NCBI GenBank assembly: GCA_964651285.1
Contig: CAZYWX010000001.1
Span: forward strand, 1-39,074
Origin: an uncultured Methanoculleus sp.
Lineage (GTDB): Archaea; Halobacteriota; Methanomicrobia; Methanomicrobiales; Methanoculleaceae
Length of the DNA stretch: 39,074 bases
Direction: 5' to 3'
Of the stretch, positions 37,113 to 39,074 are shown piece after piece. The notes beneath the pieces are model-generated. The model was not told where the DNA came from and ran no database searches. It saw only the letters and a program-made list of their open reading frames with translations. Numbering within the stretch: the first letter of the stretch is position 1; every line of letters starts with the position of its first letter. The position numbers and the translations under genes are program-made.

Positions 37113-38705
37113 TCACTCTCGTCCGGCGAGTACGATCGGGCTGGGGAGCCTGATCCCTGCGATGGTCTTTCCTGCCATCCGTTCGATGACCTGCGCAGCG
37201 GCGTCTGCAGGGACCTCAACGGTGGAGTAGGTCTCGTAGATGTTGATCGCGCCGATCGATTTCCCGGGGATCCCGGTCTCGCCGGCGAGCGCCCCGACGA
37301 TGTCTTTTGGCCGGATCTGCTGTTCTTTCCCGAGCGGGATCTCAAGGAGAGCCAGTCCCTGGCGGGCCGCGACATCCTGCGCCAGGCTCAACCCCTGATC
37401 CCGCGCCACGGTGCCTTTCCCGAGTTCCATCTTCAGGAGGGCAGCGGCGGCCTCAAGTGATGTGTAATCCTCGGCCGTGATCTGTTCGACGATGTTGATG
37501 TAGCGGTCGAGGTCGCCTTCGTCGATGACCTGCTTCACCCGGTCGACGAGTTTCCGTGCCTGGCTCTCCCTGACGTCCCCCGGGGTCGGGAGCGGGATGC
37601 GGGCGATCTTGATCTTTGTGTAGTTCTGGATCGTCTTGAGTTTGTAGTATTCTCTGGGGCCCACGAACGTGATGGCCCGGCCTGTACGCCCGGCCCGCGC
37701 TGTCCGGCCGATACGGTGGATGTAGTACTCGATATCCTGCGGGACGTCGTAGTTGATGACCAGGTCGACGTCCTCGACGTCGATACCCCGGGAGGCGACG
37801 TCGGTGGCGACGAGGACATCGATCGTCCCGGCACGGAACTTTGCCATTACCCGGTCACGCATCGACTGTTTCATGCCGCCGTGGAGGCTCTCGGCAAAGT
37901 AGCCCCGGGCCTGGAGGTGCTGGGTCAGGTCGTCGACCCGCCTCTTGGTGTTTGAGAAGACGAGCGTCAGTTCGGGGTCATACATATCGAGCAACCGGCA
38001 GAGGATCTCGAGTTTGTCCCTGCTCCTGACTTCAAGGTAAAGTTGCTCGATCTGCGGGACGGTTACCTCCCGGCGGGCGACTGAGATGACCTTCGGGTTC
38101 TTCTGGAACCTCTTTGAGATCGCGAGGATCGGTCCCGGGAGTGTGGCCGAGAAGAGGACCGTCTGCCGGTCGCGGGGTGTCTCCTCGAGGATCTTCTCGA
38201 TATCTTCCCTGAAGCCCATATCAAGCATCTGGTCGGCCTCGTCGAGGACCACCATCTTCACCGCGGAGAACGAGAGGGTGCCGCGGTCGAGGTGGTCGAG
38301 GATCCGGCCGGGCGTTCCGACGACGATCTGGGCACCGCGGCGCAGTCCCCGAAACTGTCGTTCGATGGACTGTCCGCCGTAGATCGGGATGGTGTTGATG
38401 CCGCGGTGGTATTTTGCCAGGCGGGCGAACTCTTCGGCGGTCTGGATAGCGAGTTCGCGGGTGGGGGAGAGGACCAGGATCTGGACCTCTTTCATCTCGG
38501 GATCAACCTGCTCGATCGCCGGGATGCCGAACGCCGCTGTCTTTCCGGTCCCGGTCTGGGCCTGGCCGGTGACGTCATCGCCGGCAAGTATTAAGGGTAT
38601 TGTGCTCACCTGGATTGGTGTGGGCTCTTCAAACCCCATATCTTCTATTGCGCGTAGAGTCTTTTGCGAGATATTGAATTCCTGAAATGTAATATTCTTC
38701 TCCAT
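37113..38705 (-). CDS. DEAD-box RNA helicase with C-terminal DbpA-type RNA-binding domain
   Basis: GFEEPTPIQ, AQTGTGKT, PTRELA, TPGR, DEAD, SAT, HRIGRTAR; C-terminal IRPKDIVGAL..IGAINI. Confidence 0.95.
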   Translation of the reverse strand: MEKNITFQEFNISQKTLRAIEDMGFEEPTPIQVSTIPLILAGDDVTGQAQTGTGKTAAFGIPAIEQVDPEMKEVQILVLSPTRELAIQTAEEFARLAKYHRGINTIPIYGGQSIERQFRGLRRGAQIVVGTPGRILDHLDRGTLSFSAVKMVVLDEADQMLDMGFREDIEKILEETPRDRQTVLFSATLPGPILAISKRFQKNPKVISVARREVTVPQIEQLYLEVRSRDKLEILCRLLDMYDPELTLVFSNTKRRVDDLTQHLQARGYFAESLHGGMKQSMRDRVMAKFRAGTIDVLVATDVASRGIDVEDVDLVINYDVPQDIEYYIHRIGRTARAGRTGRAITFVGPREYYKLKTIQNYTKIKIARIPLPTPGDVRESQARKLVDRVKQVIDEGDLDRYINIVEQITAEDYTSLEAAAALLKMELGKGTVARDQGLSLAQDVAARQGLALLEIPLGKEQQIRPKDIVGALAGETGIPGKSIGAINIYETYSTVEVPADAAAQVIERMAGKTIAGIRLPSPIVLAGRE

Positions 38706-38832
38706 TCACCCACTTCTTGGTGCTGAGACCTCATTATCTTGTGGGAGCAGGAGAGCTCAGACGTCGGATCAGAATGCCGGCCGGGGGTGCATGTGGACCC
38801 CGGAACCCCGTAATCATGGTCTCTCCTAAGAG

Positions 38833-38855
38833 ATATCTGGTCGCCGACCAGATAT
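38833..38855. promoter_or_regulatory. Perfect 23-bp palindrome between divergent genes
   Basis: ATATCTGGTCG-C-CGACCAGATAT. Confidence 0.6.
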
Positions 38856-38862
38856 TACCGGT

Positions 38863-39074
38863 ATGGATACCCTGTCTTCTCCTCCGGTGAGCGCCGCGAG
38901 GGCTGCAGAGGTCTACCGGCGGTATGCTGCCAGGCGGCCTGAATACGGGGGGATCATCCTGCCTGATCTCCTGCCGCATGAGGCCTGCGAGGTCTATGGC
39001 AGGTATCGCCGGCCCGGCTGCCGCGTGCGGGTGCTCTTCGTCGCCGAGTCGCCGCCCTGGGCTGCCGGGCGCGA
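38863..39074 (+). CDS. Partial ORF, possibly uracil-DNA glycosylase-like superfamily
   Basis: Translated by hand: MDTLSSPPVSAARAAEVYRRY...RYRRPGCRVRVLFVAESPPWAAGR; runs off the window. Confidence 0.6.
   Translation, partial: MDTLSSPPVSAARAAEVYRRYAARRPEYGGIILPDLLPHEACEVYGRYRRPGCRVRVLFVAESPPWAAGR

Noticed and set aside
1-39074. CRISPR array, IS element, prophage, Sec/Pyl recoding
   Set aside because: No regularly spaced repeats, transposase or integrase motifs, or in-frame stops inside conserved genes

Overview
Chromosomal window from a GC-rich methanogenic euryarchaeon. Gene content and order look like Methanoculleus/Methanomicrobiales (inference). 1-10.7 kb is the conserved minus-strand superoperon: tRNA-Ser, rps13-rps4-rps11-rpoD-rpl18e-rpl13-rps9-rpoN, tRNA-Pro, rpoK-eno-rps2-MEMO1-mvk-ipk-fni-RNase J. 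It is followed by a deoxyhypusine synthase-family gene and five tandem CBS-domain genes divergent from oapABC/arvABC (small GTPase locus). Next come a KamA-family radical SAM gene with a ~180-nt highly base-paired 5' leader, a radical SAM-uppS pair, and a Dus/marker-9-citG-DUF447 operon divergent from cfbA-E-D-B (coenzyme F430). The right end looks accessory: two small paralogous unknown genes, a crenarchaeal-type ATP-dependent DNA ligase coupled to PolX, an FKBP, a TreT-like glycosyltransferase, a DEAD-box helicase and a partial UDG-like gene. The best leads for undescribed biology are the riboswitch-like kamA leader RNA, the paralog pair plus ligase-PolX repair cluster, and a box C/D sRNA-like element at 22384-22438. 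No CRISPR array, rRNA or transposase was seen. All family calls come from motif recognition by eye; no searches were run.
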